From the NCBI GenBank assembly GCA_965240325.2, contig OZ251224.1, positions 2,046,001 to 2,110,000 of the forward strand: 64,000 bases of DNA. The letters run 5' to 3'. Made by a program: the position numbers and the translations under genes. The DNA is from Rebecca billardiae RCC1528. Taxonomy: Eukaryota > Protista > Haptophyta. A model generated the notes under the pieces. That model saw only the letters and a list, made by a program, of their open reading frames with translations, searched no databases and had not been told where the DNA came from. This document shows positions 1 through 11,585 of this stretch, in pieces. How positions within the stretch are numbered: the first letter of the stretch is position 1; every line of letters starts with the position of its first letter.

Positions 1-531
1 GAGCCCGAGCATGCTCTGCCGAGAGCGACGATGAGTGACGATGCCGGGGTCGTTCGCGTCGCACGCGACGAGAGGATTCGTTTGCCCGGGAGAGCGCCAC
101 AAAAGGGGCAGATGCGCCACACTGAATGAGCCTCAACTGTGTATGTCGCTGGGTAAACGCGGAATCTCGTTACATCATTGAGCTAGGAACGCGTTAAACC
201 CGCAATGATGTGCAAGTGGGCCGCACGTTCCAACGATGATGATGTTGACGAAGGCAAGTTCCTTCATGATCGTTGCGATCAGGGTCGACCTGGTCGCGCG
301 AGCCGTAGAGCCCGTCCGATTTTAGCCGTTGGGGGTACCACTTTTGATAGCCCCTTGTGCCGACGACGTCGCGTCGTCGCCGTGGCCGTGTGCGATGTGC
401 AATGGCGGTCTCCTAGCTAAGGTGCGTCCGAATTGGCGAATTCGGACGCTCGTAATCGTTCGGAGGCTCGAGCTGCCGGCGCTGGCTCCAGGCTCCGGGG
501 CCTGCGATCTACGGGACGCCGCGACGGCCTG

Positions 532-2055
532 TCAGCGATCCGAGCTCTCCACCTGTAGCTCCGCGCGCCTGAGGATGAGTGACCTGCGCGTGGCCGGGGC
601 CGAGTCGGCGGTGTGCGCCTCCGCGGCACCGGTCGCGATGCCCGCGGCCGGGCCAGTGGCGGCGTCGCTGCTGTCGAGCTCGGCGGATGCAAGCGCCACC
701 CTGCGCGCGCGCGCGCGGAACGACGCGAACGACGAGAGCAGCAGGTCCGAGACCGAGCTCACCAGCGCGGCAAACAGGCCGAGGCCGATCACGCAGAAGC
801 CCACGCCAAACAGGACGGCGGACGGCACGTGCGAGCTCAGCGTGAGGTCGCCCAGCCCCACCGTGCTCAGCGAGATGGTGGCCGCGTAGAACTTGTCGAT
901 CGCCGACCACGTGAGCCCGTCCTGCGTCGTGTACGGCGTGGCGGTGAGCGCGCCGAGCAGCCCGAGGTTGAGCGCGAGGATCACGGCCGTCTTGTGCCGC
1001 AGCAGCGCGAACGTGCGCACGTCCACGTGCGCGGCGCTGAGCGCGCGCTCGAGCTCCGGCAGCGTCACCAGCCCCGAGAGGTCGCGGTCGGCCGCGCTGA
1101 CCAGCGCCTCGAACTGCGACACGTCCACGCGCAGCACGCGCGCCTCGTGCAGGTCGGTGAGCAACGCGAGCACCTCGGCGTGCTCGAGCGCGCCCGAGCC
1201 GTTCGAGTCGTACGCGCGGAAGATTCGCTCGAGCGCGCGCGGCTTGCCGACGATGGCGCGCGACAGCGCCCAGATGACGGTGGACTCGATCACCTTGGCG
1301 ACGCGCGCGAGGCAGTACACCGCGACGCCGATCGTGCAGATCGCGAAGATCGCGGTGAAGAGCCGCCCCGCCTGCGTCTCGGGCGACGACGTGCCGTACC
1401 CCACGGTGGTCATCACCGTGAGCGTGAAGAAGAAGGGCGTGTACGAGAACGGCGCCCAGTCGTCCGCACGGCACTCCGCGCCGACGAGGTGCGTGCCGAG
1501 CGCCCCGCGGAGCTCGGCGGAGGCGTCCGCGCGTGAGAGGATGGCGTCGACTTGCGCGCTGAGCGTGCCTAGCTCCACGTTACGCGCCTCGCAAGCGCGC
1601 GCGCGCTCCAGCTCCGCCGCGGACTCGCACGCCACCAGCACCTCCGCGCCGAGCAGAGACAGAAAGATGATCACGGCGATGCTGTGGTACACGTCGAGCA
1701 AGCCGGAGAGGAGGCGGTGCGCGGTGGAGCCCACGTAAGAGCGCGTGCGCGCGGCGAAGAGGACGAGCGGTATCACCGTCGTTATGCCCAGCGCGACGAG
1801 CGTGAGGTGCACGTTGAGCGTCCGCCGCGCGCGCAGCGCGAGCGCGAGCCGTGCGAGGAGGTACGCGGCCATCGTGCCGTTCAGCAGCAGCGAGAAGCCG
1901 AGCGTGGCGCCGTGACACGCCTCGCGGCGACGCACGGGCTTCGCGTACAGCGCGCTCCACGTCTGCACGTGCGACGACGGCTGCGCGTTGAATGGGACGC
2001 GCAGAGTGCTCCCCCCTACACGCTCCATCGGCTGGTCGGCGGCGGCCGTCGCCAT
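532..2055 (-). CDS. Two-pore-domain K+ channel (K2P/TPK-like) with an EF-hand pair between the pore domains
   Basis: Two pore loops (TVMTTVGYGTSSP, ISLSTVGLGDLT), each flanked by hydrophobic helices. EF-hand loops DSNGSGALEHAE and DRDLSGLVTLPE. Single 507-aa ORF. Confidence 0.9.
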   Translation of the reverse strand: MATAAADQPMERVGGSTLRVPFNAQPSSHVQTWSALYAKPVRRREACHGATLGFSLLLNGTMAAYLLARLALALRARRTLNVHLTLVALGITTVIPLVLFAARTRSYVGSTAHRLLSGLLDVYHSIAVIIFLSLLGAEVLVACESAAELERARACEARNVELGTLSAQVDAILSRADASAELRGALGTHLVGAECRADDWAPFSYTPFFFTLTVMTTVGYGTSSPETQAGRLFTAIFAICTIGVAVYCLARVAKVIESTVIWALSRAIVGKPRALERIFRAYDSNGSGALEHAEVLALLTDLHEARVLRVDVSQFEALVSAADRDLSGLVTLPELERALSAAHVDVRTFALLRHKTAVILALNLGLLGALTATPYTTQDGLTWSAIDKFYAATISLSTVGLGDLTLSSHVPSAVLFGVGFCVIGLGLFAALVSSVSDLLLSSFASFRARARRVALASAELDSSDAATGPAAGIATGAAEAHTADSAPATRRSLILRRAELQVESSDR

Positions 2056-2349
2056 GAATTCATAGAATTCTTAAGCGCCGCTTGGCGGCACTCATCGGCT
2101 CAATGGCTCATCGGCTGCGCGGCGGCATGAAGGGCAAGTGGAGCGGAGCCGTATGGGATACTTTGACCGATGCTAAGACCCTCAGTGGCGCCCGTAGCCC
2201 GCCCGGCCGTGTCTGACGATTCTGCATGTCGCTGAGGTTGCGCTCGGATCGTCGAGAGTGTCATGTCCAACGCCGGGCTGTCCGGCGTCACGACTGACGA
2301 GCCTGAGGCTGACGTGAGCTGAGCGAACGCCTGGGAATACATAGGGAAA

Positions 2350-2628
2350 TCACACTGCCGGCACGGGTGTGCCTTGGCGTTCTTCTCTCAATGCATTCGC
2401 CCCACACCCCGCTCCGAGGGAAGCACGCGTCGCGTCGTCGATCAGCACGCGGATCACAAGCGAGCAGTCGTTGCATGGGGCAATTTCCTCGCCTTCGCGC
2501 AGCTCATCGAGGCTGATCGTGAAGCGGTCACCGCATGGGCACGCGTACGTGTACGTTTGAGTAGACTCGTCGAGCTCCATGTCGGTGAATGGCACCTCCT
2601 CGTACACAGGGCCCTCCTCGTCCTCCAT
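2350..2628 (-). CDS. DPH3: Diphthamide biosynthesis protein 3 (CSL zinc finger)
   Basis: MEDEEGPVYEEV...YTYACPCGDRF...IAPCNDCSLVIRV. ATG at 2628 inside ORF 2350..2790. Confidence 0.93.
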   Translation of the reverse strand: MEDEEGPVYEEVPFTDMELDESTQTYTYACPCGDRFTISLDELREGEEIAPCNDCSLVIRVLIDDATRASLGAGCGANALREERQGTPVPAV

Positions 2629-2900
2629 GGGCGCCGCGGGTGCGTGGGGCAGCCTCCTCCTGGCACGAGCCTCCGCCAGCTGACAACGGTGCCGCTTTGG
2701 CGGTCCTGGTGGAAGTCCGGAGCTCCCCAAGCCGTGCGCCCGGAGCGGCATTTTCACGACCTGGCACCGCCAGCGGCCGCAACCGTGCACACGTCCTCCG
2801 CGGTGCCGGTCCTACCCCCTGGAGGAGGAGCGGCGGCGGCCCGCCGCGCGAAGAGGCGCCTCCCGCGCTCTCGCGCCCATCAGCCGGCTCATCCGCGGCC

Positions 2901-3563
2901 ATGGGGCAGCTTTTCGGCAAGCCCAAGGGCAAGGCGGTCCCCGCGCAGGTGACGGACCACGACCGTAATTTGCTGCAGCTGAAGGTGCAGAAGGATCGGG
3001 TCAGCAAACACCGCACTGCGATTGCCGCGGCCATCGAGCGAGAGGCATCGGCGGCGAGCGAACGGATGGCCGCGGGAAACCGCGCGCTGGCGCTCGGGGC
3101 CCTGCGACGCAAGCGCTACTGGGAGCTGCACCTCGACAAGACCGACCAGATGCTGCTGCGCCTGGAGGAGGTCCTGGCGAGCATCGAGATGGCGCACGTG
3201 CAGAAGGAGGCGTTCAAAGGGCTCGAGGCGGGCACGCAGGTGCTCAAGGAGCTGCAGCGCGACCTCCCGCTCGAGAGGGTCGAGCGCATGATGAGCGAGC
3301 GCGACGACGCGCTGGCGATCCAGGAGGAGATCGACCGCGCACTCGCGGGAGCGTCGGCAGACGAGGACGTCGAGAAGGAGCTGGCCAAGCTGGAGGCAGA
3401 GGTCGTGGCAGACGCCCTCCCGGCCGCACCCACGACAGTCGTCGAGGGCCAGCACCGGGAGCAGGGTGCACCGGCCGAAAAGCCTTCGCCGGGCAAGTCT
3501 TCTGGGCGCGCACAGGCGCGCGAGGAAGAGGCGGCGGGCGAGCCTGTCGCCGTGTTAGCTTGA
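2901..3563 (+). CDS. VPS20: ESCRT-III subunit VPS20/CHMP6 (Snf7 family)
   Basis: Myristoylation-type start MGQLFG, then VTDHDRNLLQLKVQKDR, ALGALRRKRY, GLEAGTQVLKEL and an acidic C-terminal half. Confidence 0.9.
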   Translation: MGQLFGKPKGKAVPAQVTDHDRNLLQLKVQKDRVSKHRTAIAAAIEREASAASERMAAGNRALALGALRRKRYWELHLDKTDQMLLRLEEVLASIEMAHVQKEAFKGLEAGTQVLKELQRDLPLERVERMMSERDDALAIQEEIDRALAGASADEDVEKELAKLEAEVVADALPAAPTTVVEGQHREQGAPAEKPSPGKSSGRAQAREEEAAGEPVAVLA

Positions 3564-3828
3564 GGCCCGACGCCCGCGTAGCGACGGTCGTCCTGTGCGG
3601 CGTCTGCGCAAGGTTGCTCCGGCCGTCCTGCCATCTCGCATCGCCTTCGCGCGTGGTGTCGTACTCGTAGTAACTAGTGGCAAGGTCACGCCCAACGCCA
3701 ACGGGCCAACGGTGGCGTGATGGTTTCGTCTGTCTCGAGCGAAGGCTTCCGCTGCTGACAATGTGAAGCAGACTGCGCTGGTTCCGACTTCCGAGGGCTG
3801 GTTGGTTCCGAGGGCAACCTGGTTGAGC

Positions 3829-4908
3829 CAAGGGTGGTCAGGGTCGCCGACTCCAGCGGAGTCCGGCGCCGGAGCTTCGCTTACAGATTTTTGCAGCGGA
3901 GCGGCGCGCGCGGCCGCCGCCGCTGCGGCGGGCCGCTCGGGACGTGCACGGCGTGGGCTCGTGCGGCCGCTGCCGCGCACGCCGAGCGATCTGGCGCGGT
4001 GTCGCGGCTGGTTGATGGCCTCGCGCGCCCCAGCGCGCCGCGCGCCTTGCCTGACTTCGCCTGTCTCGCGCCTTGGCCGCCGTGCACTCATGCGCCGCCA
4101 AACCGCAAGCTCGGCATACCTCTCAGCCGAGCGAGCACGTGCCTTGCGCGACGCGACGCGGGCATTGCCGCCGGGCGACGTAGGCGTAGTGTGAGCGCGC
4201 GCCGTGAAGCCTCGGCGCGGATCGAGAGTGTCTTCAACGTCTCGGTCAGCTGTCGACAACTGCTGACGCATCAACCACCAATGGACATCACCACGGTCCT
4301 CCGTTGAACGATGGGATATCGCGACGCTGCGACTCGTGAACTCTAGTCGAGCGTTGTAGCCAAAACGACGAAGGCCACTATGACGTGTGTGTGAGCCTTG
4401 CGTGACGATGCGACGTGACGATCGCCCCGGCAAGAGAGTCAGTCGTGCAGCTTTCTGCACTGCTCAACGAACAGACGGTCCACGCGCGTACGCGGCATCA
4501 TTTCATTGTTCTCGATCCGCGCCGAGGCTTCACGGCGCGCGCTCACACTACGCCTACATCGCCCGGCGGCAATGCCCGCGTCGCGTCGCGCAAGGCACGT
4601 GCACGCTCGGCTGAGAGGTATGCCGAGCTTGCGGTTTGGCGGCGCATGAGTGCACGGCGGCCAAGGCGCGAGACAGGCGAAGTCAGGCAAGGCGCGCGGC
4701 GCGCTGGGGCGCGCGAGGCCATCAACCAGCCGCGACACCGCGCCAGATCGCTCGGCGTGCGCGGCAGCGGCCGCACGAGCCCACGCCGTGCACGTCCCGA
4801 GCGGCCCGCCGCAGCGGCGGCGGCCGCGCGCGCCGCTCCGCTGCAAAAATCTGTAAGCGAAGCTCCGGCGCCGGACTCCGCTGGAGTCGGCGACCCTGAC
4901 CACCCTTG
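3829..4908. mobile_element. Non-autonomous foldback DNA transposon with ~399-bp TIRs (P/Galileo-like termini CAAGG...CCTTG)
   Basis: Arm 3829-4227 is the reverse complement of 4510-4908 (2 mismatches seen), with a 282-bp spacer. Flanking direct repeat GTTGAGC at 3822-3828 and 4909-4915 is read as a 7-bp TSD. Confidence 0.8.
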
Positions 4909-4931
4909 GTTGAGCGGCTGTCTTGAAATTC

Positions 4932-6713
4932 ATGCCGGTGGTCGAGCGGCCCATCCGCCTCGAGGAGCGCGACGATGCGGACGTGGGGGGCTCGCCCGGC
5001 TTGCTGTTCGCCGACTACGAGGCGGAGCTCCGGCAGCGCGCGGTCATCGCGTCGAGCGCCATGGGCGCGCCGGCGACGGTCCGCCGCTTCGTCCACGACA
5101 TGGGCGGCGCAAAGCGCACGTTGAGCGCAAGGCCCTTCTTTGCACTCTCGTGGACGCCATCCTCCGCGGCGAGGAGCGCGCCTCGGCGGGCTGGCGCGTC
5201 GGCGGAGGCTTCTCCCGTGGCGGATGTGCCTGATGCCGCCTTCAGCTCCCCCGACGGCGGCATCCGTGGCACATCGCCGTCGCGCGTGCAGTCGGCCGTG
5301 GCAGGCGTGCTCTCGCGCGCGCGCGCCAGAGAAAAAGCCCGCGACGAGTCGGGCGGCGTGGTCGCGGCGGGCCGTGCGATGACGGCTCCGTACGACGTGG
5401 CACGTCTGTCCCCAGCGCTCTCCGCCGGCCCGTCCCCGCGGACGTCATCTGCCGGGGCCGCTGAGCCGAGCGCGGCGGAGCCAGCGGCCGGCTCGGCCGT
5501 CAGGCAACACTCGCCTCTGTGCCCGCGGCCGGCGGCGGTGCTCACGTCGCCGCCGCCGCGCACGGCAGGCGCGAAGGCGCGTGCCATCGAGCGCCCCGCC
5601 GGCTCGCCCACGCCCTCGCGCCCGCCGCTGGGGCCGTCCACAGGCGCGCAGCCGAGCTCTCGCGCCAGCCCGGCCGATGAGCGAGCCTCGCTCTCCGCTG
5701 CACTAGCGGGGGGCGTGAGCGCCGCGGCGGCGAGCCTGGCGGAGGGGGTGAGCGCGGCGGCGGCGGCGGCCGGCGCGGCCCTCTCCCCGCGCTCGCGCGC
5801 GCGCGCGCGCGCGGAGCAGCAGCTCAGCCCGGAGGAGCTCAGCGCTCGAGAGGCCTCGGTGGCCGCACGCGAGGATGCGCTTTCCGAATCGAACCTCCTT
5901 CTGTGCGCGCGGATGAGCTACTACCAGCAGCAGCTCGACGCGAAGCGGAGCGCGCTGGTCGAGCTGCAGGAGCAGCTGCTCGACGAGTGGAGCGGGGGCG
6001 CGCTGCTCGGCGAGGGCGAGGAGCGCGGCGGCGGCGGCGCGGGCGGCAGCGCGCGGATGCCGCGTGCGCGCAGCTCGCCCGAGCTTGCATCCGCTCTGGC
6101 CACGACCGAGGCGGCTGCCTACCTGCGCATCGCGGACAGGGGCGGCCCGCGCCGGCACGCGCGCGGCTCTGGTGCGCCGGGACACGCCGACGGCGCTGCG
6201 CGCGCGCGCTCGACGAGCCCGCCGATGCGCGGCTCGTCTGACGCGCCGAGAGGCGGCGGCAGCGCCTCGCCGCCCAAGCTGCCGGCATGGGCGGCGGCCG
6301 CGGCCACGGCCAGGCCCGCGCATCTCACGCTCGGCGCGGTGTCGCGGGCGCAGCTGCACGCGGCGTCAGGCGCGGCGACGGCGGGCGGCGCGCGGCGGCA
6401 CGCGCCCGCCGGCGTCGCGATGACGGTGCGCGAGCTGCGTCGCCTCCTCACCGAGTCGGCGCCGCCGCCGGCCGCCGCTCCGGCCAGGCCGACCGCGCGC
6501 CCTCTGGGCTCGGGCAGGGCCGTGCAGCGCGCCCGGCGGCCATCGGCCACGGGCTCACGCGGCGCGGCCAGCGGCGTGGCGCACAGCGCACGCGTCCCGC
6601 CGCCCACGGCAGCGAGCGCGGACCTGCCGCGAGGTCCGTACCTGCTCGCACAGAGCGGCGGCTTTGCCAAGCCGCCGCCGCCGCCGTCCCGGCAGCCACG
6701 CACCGGTGCCGGG

Positions 6714-6751
<38 letters not shown>

Positions 6752-7130
6752 ACGAGGTGCCGGCGTTGGCGCCGCGAAGGCTGCCACCATCCCTGCGCCG
6801 AGTGGACGCGGCCGCGCTTCCGAGCCGCGCCCCCAGCCCTCGTACGCACGCACCAGCATGTCGAGTATCAGGCCGAGGCGCATCGCTCGACCGCGGACGC
6901 CGCCCGCCTCGGCCAAGCTGGCCTCGCCGCCGCGTCGGCAGGCCTCGGCGTCGCCGCCGCAGCGGCAGGCCTCGGCGTCGCCCCCGCGGCGGCAGGCGTC
7001 GCCACCCACGCCCACTGCGCCCATCGCGCCCGCTGCCCCGCCGCCACCGCCGCCACCGCCGCCGCCACCTCCACAAAAGTCGCCGGAGCAGAAGGCAACG
7101 CCTCCGGCTCAGGGCGATGGCTCCGCCGCG

Positions 7131-7180
<50 letters not shown>

Positions 7181-7297
7181 GCCACCGCCGCCGCAGTCCA
7201 GACCGGGCGGCGGCGGGCCGCCACCGCCGCCGCCGCCTCCACCGCCGCCCGGCGGCGTGCGCGCGCCCACTGCGGCGGGCGGGCTCCAGCGGGCGTG

Positions 7298-7328
<31 letters not shown>

Positions 7329-9260
7329 TCGGCCGCGCCCGCCACCCCTCTCAAGGCGCTGCACTGGACCAAGCTCAAGCTGCCTCCGGGCGCGCAGAGC
7401 GGCAGCGTGTGGGGCGAGCTCTCGGCCGCGTCGCCCCCCGAGATCGCCGCCGAGCGTCTCGCGCAGCTCTTCGCGCGCGTCGCGCCCACGCCGCGCACGC
7501 CCGGCGGCGCGGGCGGGCGCGGCGCGGGCGCGAGCTCGGCGCGGCTTGTCGCGCTCTCTGTGAAGCGCGCAAACATCGTGGAGGTCTTCCTGTCCACGCT
7601 CAAGATGAGCCCGGCGGAGCTCGCGCGCGCGGTGCTCGCGCTCGACGAGGCGGTGCTGGACACGGAGATGGTCGACGGGCTGATGCACGTGCTGCCCACC
7701 GAGCTCGAGGCACAGCGGCTTCTCAAGGCGCGCTGCGCTGCCGAGCAGGGCGGGCCAGCGCTCAGCAAGCCGGAGGCCGCACTGGCAGAGCTGAGCACCG
7801 TGCCGCGGCTCGCGTCGCGGCTGCGCGTGTGGCACCAGCTGCGCACGTTCGACGCGGAGGCGGCGGCGGTGCGCGCGGAGATCGAGCAGATGGCCGACGC
7901 CGTGCGCGCCGTCCTCGGCTCCGCCGGCCTCAAGCGCTTCCTCTCCCTCGTCCTCCGATACGGCAACGAGCTCAACAGCGGCACGGCGCGCGGCGGCGCG
8001 CGCGCCATCTCGGTGGGCGCGCTCGCGCAGCTCGGCTCGTTCAAGTCGGCGGACGGCTCGACGTCGCTGCTGCGCTTCATCTGCGACGCGCACGCCGACG
8101 ACATCGCCGCGATGGTCTCCGAGCTCGGCGCGCTGCGCTCGCGCGTCGCGGAGGGCGCGAGCGAGCGCGCAGACCTCGCGAGCGCGGTCGCAGACGTGCG
8201 CACGTTGCTGCGCGACGTGGTGCGCGAGATGGCGGCGCACGACGTGAAGCGCGTGCGGCTCTCGCCGCCCAAGCCGGCGAGCGGCGGCGTCGAGCCCAGC
8301 GGCGCGGCGGGCGGCGGGCGGAGCGACACCGGCTACGAGTCCGGCTCGGACAACACGCGGCCGGACGGCGAGCGGCCGGGCGGCGCGGACGCGGAGCGAC
8401 GTATCGCGGACGAGGACGACGACGACGACGACGACCTCGACGATGTGGACGACTGCGACGTGCTCGACGGCACGGGCGGTCGCGACAAGTTCCTCACGGT
8501 GATGCCGCGGCTGTACCGAGAGGCACAGGCCACCATCGAGTCGCTCGAGGCCACGCTGCGCAGCTTCGGCGGGCTGGCCAGCCGCCTGGGCGAGTATGGC
8601 AGTGGCTGGGGCGTAGAGCCGAGCGGGAGCAGCGCAGCCGCCGAGGCTGGGTTTGGCGCAAAGGAGGCGGGCGTGGTGATCCGCATGCTGTCGGCTGTGC
8701 ACAAGCAGGCGCAGCAGACGCTCGCGGCGAGCCTGGAGGCGAAGCGGCGGCGCGAGCGCTCGCAGCGACAGCTGGGCACGCGGCGCGCCAGCGCGTCAGC
8801 CGCTATCACGGCCGGCGCACCCTGTGCCGCGCCCGCTGCTGCGCCCGCCGGACGCCCTCAGCCCGCCGTCGATGCCGGTCCCAGCGCGAGCGGCGGCGGT
8901 GAGCGTGGGCCAGCAGGACGGCCTCTCGCGACGGAGCCCCGTGCCGCGCCCGCGCCCGCCGTGGAGCCCGCGGACGCACCGGCTGTCCTGCGGCACGCTC
9001 CCGCCGACAGCGACGGAGGGACACCGCGCACCACACCACCACGGCTCGCCACGCGTGACATCTCCGCCGATGGCTCGCCTCGGTCGAGGAGTGCAGCTGG
9101 CGATCCCGCTGGGTGGAGGAGCGCCGCTGCGACGGGTGGCATGCTGGGCTCGTCGCCGCTAGGTGGCTGCAGCGCCGTGCGTACTAAGCTCCACTTCGCG
9201 GCGCCGCCGATGTGCTGCTCGACACGCAATCTCAGTAGTCGTGCTGAATCTGGCTCTTGA
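4932..9260 (+). CDS. Formin (FH1 polyproline + FH2 domain)
   Basis: Poly-Pro tracts at ~7040-7250. FH2 motifs LKALHWTKL, KRANIVEVFL and LVLRYGNELNSGTARGGA...LGSFKSADG. First ATG is 4932; introns in the long N-terminal part cannot be excluded. Confidence 0.9.
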
Positions 9261-9272
9261 CAATGTTGGTTA

Positions 9273-9400
9273 TGGCCCGCGGTCGTGCAGGGCGGAGCGC
9301 GTAGCGTGGAGCCCGCGCCGGGGGGCCTCAATACGTTGTCCAAAAGATCACTTATGGCCAGCGGTGCAGGGCGGAGCGCGCAGCGTGTCAGAGCGCCCAC
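9273..9400 (+). mobile_element. Truncated tandem 5'-end fragments of the asymmetric-end element family
   Basis: ttATGGCCCGCGG..TGCAGGGCGGAGCGCGTAGCGTGGAGCCC...AAAAGATC, then a second ttATGGCCAGCGGTGCAGGGCGGAGCGCG at ~9354. No 3' hairpin end found. Confidence 0.7.
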
Positions 9401-9692
9401 AATCCGCAGCCGTGTTAATGAACTTACATACCGTGTATATAGGTTATATGTCGGTCCGCGGTGGCGCCGCCGCGCGCGCTCTGATCAGCAGCACGGCCTG
9501 AGTTATTTCGCGGCGGGGGAGCGCTTGATGATGCGCCATAACAACGGCGGTGTACGTTCGGCCCTGATGAGGCCCCTCGTCCGACCTCGCTCAGACTACC
9601 ACGACAGACGACTGCGCCGACCAGTGCGGGCAGTGTCCAGCTGAGCCGCCGCACCGGCGCACGGTCTCACGCCTCTCACGGGCCTCATCGAC

Positions 9693-11168
9693 TCATACCC
9701 CCGCCCATGGTCCCACCAAGGACAACGGCGGCAGCTGCGAGATACGCTCGGGCTCGAGCCAGTCAGACAAACCGTCCGCGGCCATGATCCCTAGGCCCAA
9801 CGCTGCTGATCGCATGCCGCATGAGTACGCGCAGCTGTCCGCAGTCACGAAAAGTGCGTGGGTGAAACCGAATGCGGCGTGAGCCACGCGGCAGTGCGCG
9901 AGCGTGTGCACACGTGCAGGGAGCAGCTGCCCGTGCGAGTGGCCCAGGCCAAGCAGTCCATACCTACTGTGCCCAAACGTGTGCACGCTGCCGTCCGCGC
10001 CCACCACCGCTGTGCAGCAGAAGCCCGCGCTGGCGCGCACGGCGTGCACGCCTGCGAGCGCGTCGACGCGCCTCGGCTCGCGCTGGTGAGATTCGTCGCC
10101 GTGGCCGAGGCACCCGAAAGTGCCTGCGCCGAAGGAGTGCACGCCGCCGGCGGCATCGCACACCAGGCTGTGCACAAAGCTCGCGCTCACGTGCACCACA
10201 CGCACGCCGGCAAGCGCCTCGATGCGCCTCGGCGTGCGCTGACAGCGGTCGTGCTGCTCGCCGTGGCCCAGCTGACCTGAGCTCGAGGAGCCGCACGAGT
10301 AGACGGCGCCGCCGGTGTCGAGGAAGAGCGAGTGCGAGTGGCCGGCCGCCACGCCGCCCACGCGGACGCCTTGCAGCGCCTCCACGCGCTGCGGCTCGCG
10401 CCGCTCCTTCCCGTCGCCGTGGCCGAGCTGGCCGTACAGGTTGAAGCCCCAGCTGTACGCACTGCCCGCGGCCGTGACGGCGAGGCTGTGGCACTCCTCG
10501 GCGGCGATGCACACGACGGTCTCGCTCGCCAGCGCCTGCACGCGTATGAACTCGGCGCACTTCCGGTTCTCACCGTAGCCTCGCTGGCCACGCGAGTTCT
10601 TGCCGCACGCGTACACGGCGCCAGAGTCGCTCAGCGCGAGCATGTGACCCGACCCGGCTGCCACTGAGCACACGCGCACTTTCGAGAGCGAGTCAACTCG
10701 CGTTGGCACGAGCACCTCCGACGCGTCTGGGTGACCCAGCATGGCCGGGGGACGTTCATCGGTGGGTGTCTCGTCTTCATCGAACTCGCCGCCCTCCCCG
10801 CACGTGTGCAGCCCGCCGTCCGCGTCAACAAACGCACTCGCAGCCCTGGCCTCTGCGAGGTTGCACGCGACCGGAGCCACGTGGCCGAGCGCGAGCTGCG
10901 CGACGTGCTCGCGCGCGAACAGCTCTTCCGTCCACGTGCACACGCTTGGCGGAAGCGTGGCTGGCAGCGCTTGCTCATGCCCGCGCGCACGCGCGCGTGT
11001 ACGTAGCACGTGCTCGATCGGCGAGCGGCCGCCGGGGATGCCACGGAAGGTCCGCGAGGCCGCGTTCGCGCTCGCAAGGTCTCGGACGCTCTCGATGCGC
11101 GCGACGATGCACCCCAGCACCTCGATAGGCATGTGACTGAGCGTGCGCACATCGTCGTGCGCCGCCAT
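9693..11168 (-). CDS. F-box-like N-terminus + RCC1/BLIP-II repeat protein
   Basis: LSHMPIEVLGCIVARIESVRDL (F-box-like), followed by RCC1 repeats such as VAAGHSHSLFLDTGGAVYSCGSSSSGQLGHG. ATG MAAHDD at 11168. Confidence 0.85.
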   Translation of the reverse strand: MAAHDDVRTLSHMPIEVLGCIVARIESVRDLASANAASRTFRGIPGGRSPIEHVLRTRARARGHEQALPATLPPSVCTWTEELFAREHVAQLALGHVAPVACNLAEARAASAFVDADGGLHTCGEGGEFDEDETPTDERPPAMLGHPDASEVLVPTRVDSLSKVRVCSVAAGSGHMLALSDSGAVYACGKNSRGQRGYGENRKCAEFIRVQALASETVVCIAAEECHSLAVTAAGSAYSWGFNLYGQLGHGDGKERREPQRVEALQGVRVGGVAAGHSHSLFLDTGGAVYSCGSSSSGQLGHGEQHDRCQRTPRRIEALAGVRVVHVSASFVHSLVCDAAGGVHSFGAGTFGCLGHGDESHQREPRRVDALAGVHAVRASAGFCCTAVVGADGSVHTFGHSRYGLLGLGHSHGQLLPARVHTLAHCRVAHAAFGFTHALFVTADSCAYSCGMRSAALGLGIMAADGLSDWLEPERISQLPPLSLVGPWAGV

Positions 11169-11585
11169 CGCCCGAGTGGTGACTTGCTGCTTTGCCCGCA
11201 CCGAGGTTTAATTAAGTCCGGCTGCCCGGACACAGAGGCAAGCCCGTGCGCAAGCTGCCGCTGAGCTGGCGCTGCCGCAGCCACCGGCTGACAGTCGGCT
11301 ACTGAGACAGTATTGACAGTCGTCTGTATTGAAGTCGTACTGATCATCGATATGTAAGTGATGAACACCGCGGTCAGCTGGCTGATGACATTGGCACTGC
11401 GGGCTGATGAACAGTTGACAGCGCGGAGTCTAACTGAGAATAACCGCTGCTTTTCAGTTAAACCGCGTATACTGTACAGTGAGTACTGTACTCGCGATTG
11501 ATTTATCTAAGCCCGGACGGCCCGCACGACCTCGTATAAGCTGGCTGACTGGCTGTCAGACCGAATGTCAGCTGGCCATCAGGCA

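Noticed and set aside
1-500. Possible gene fragment at the left window edge
   Set aside because: No frame gives a recognisable or convincingly coding sequence.
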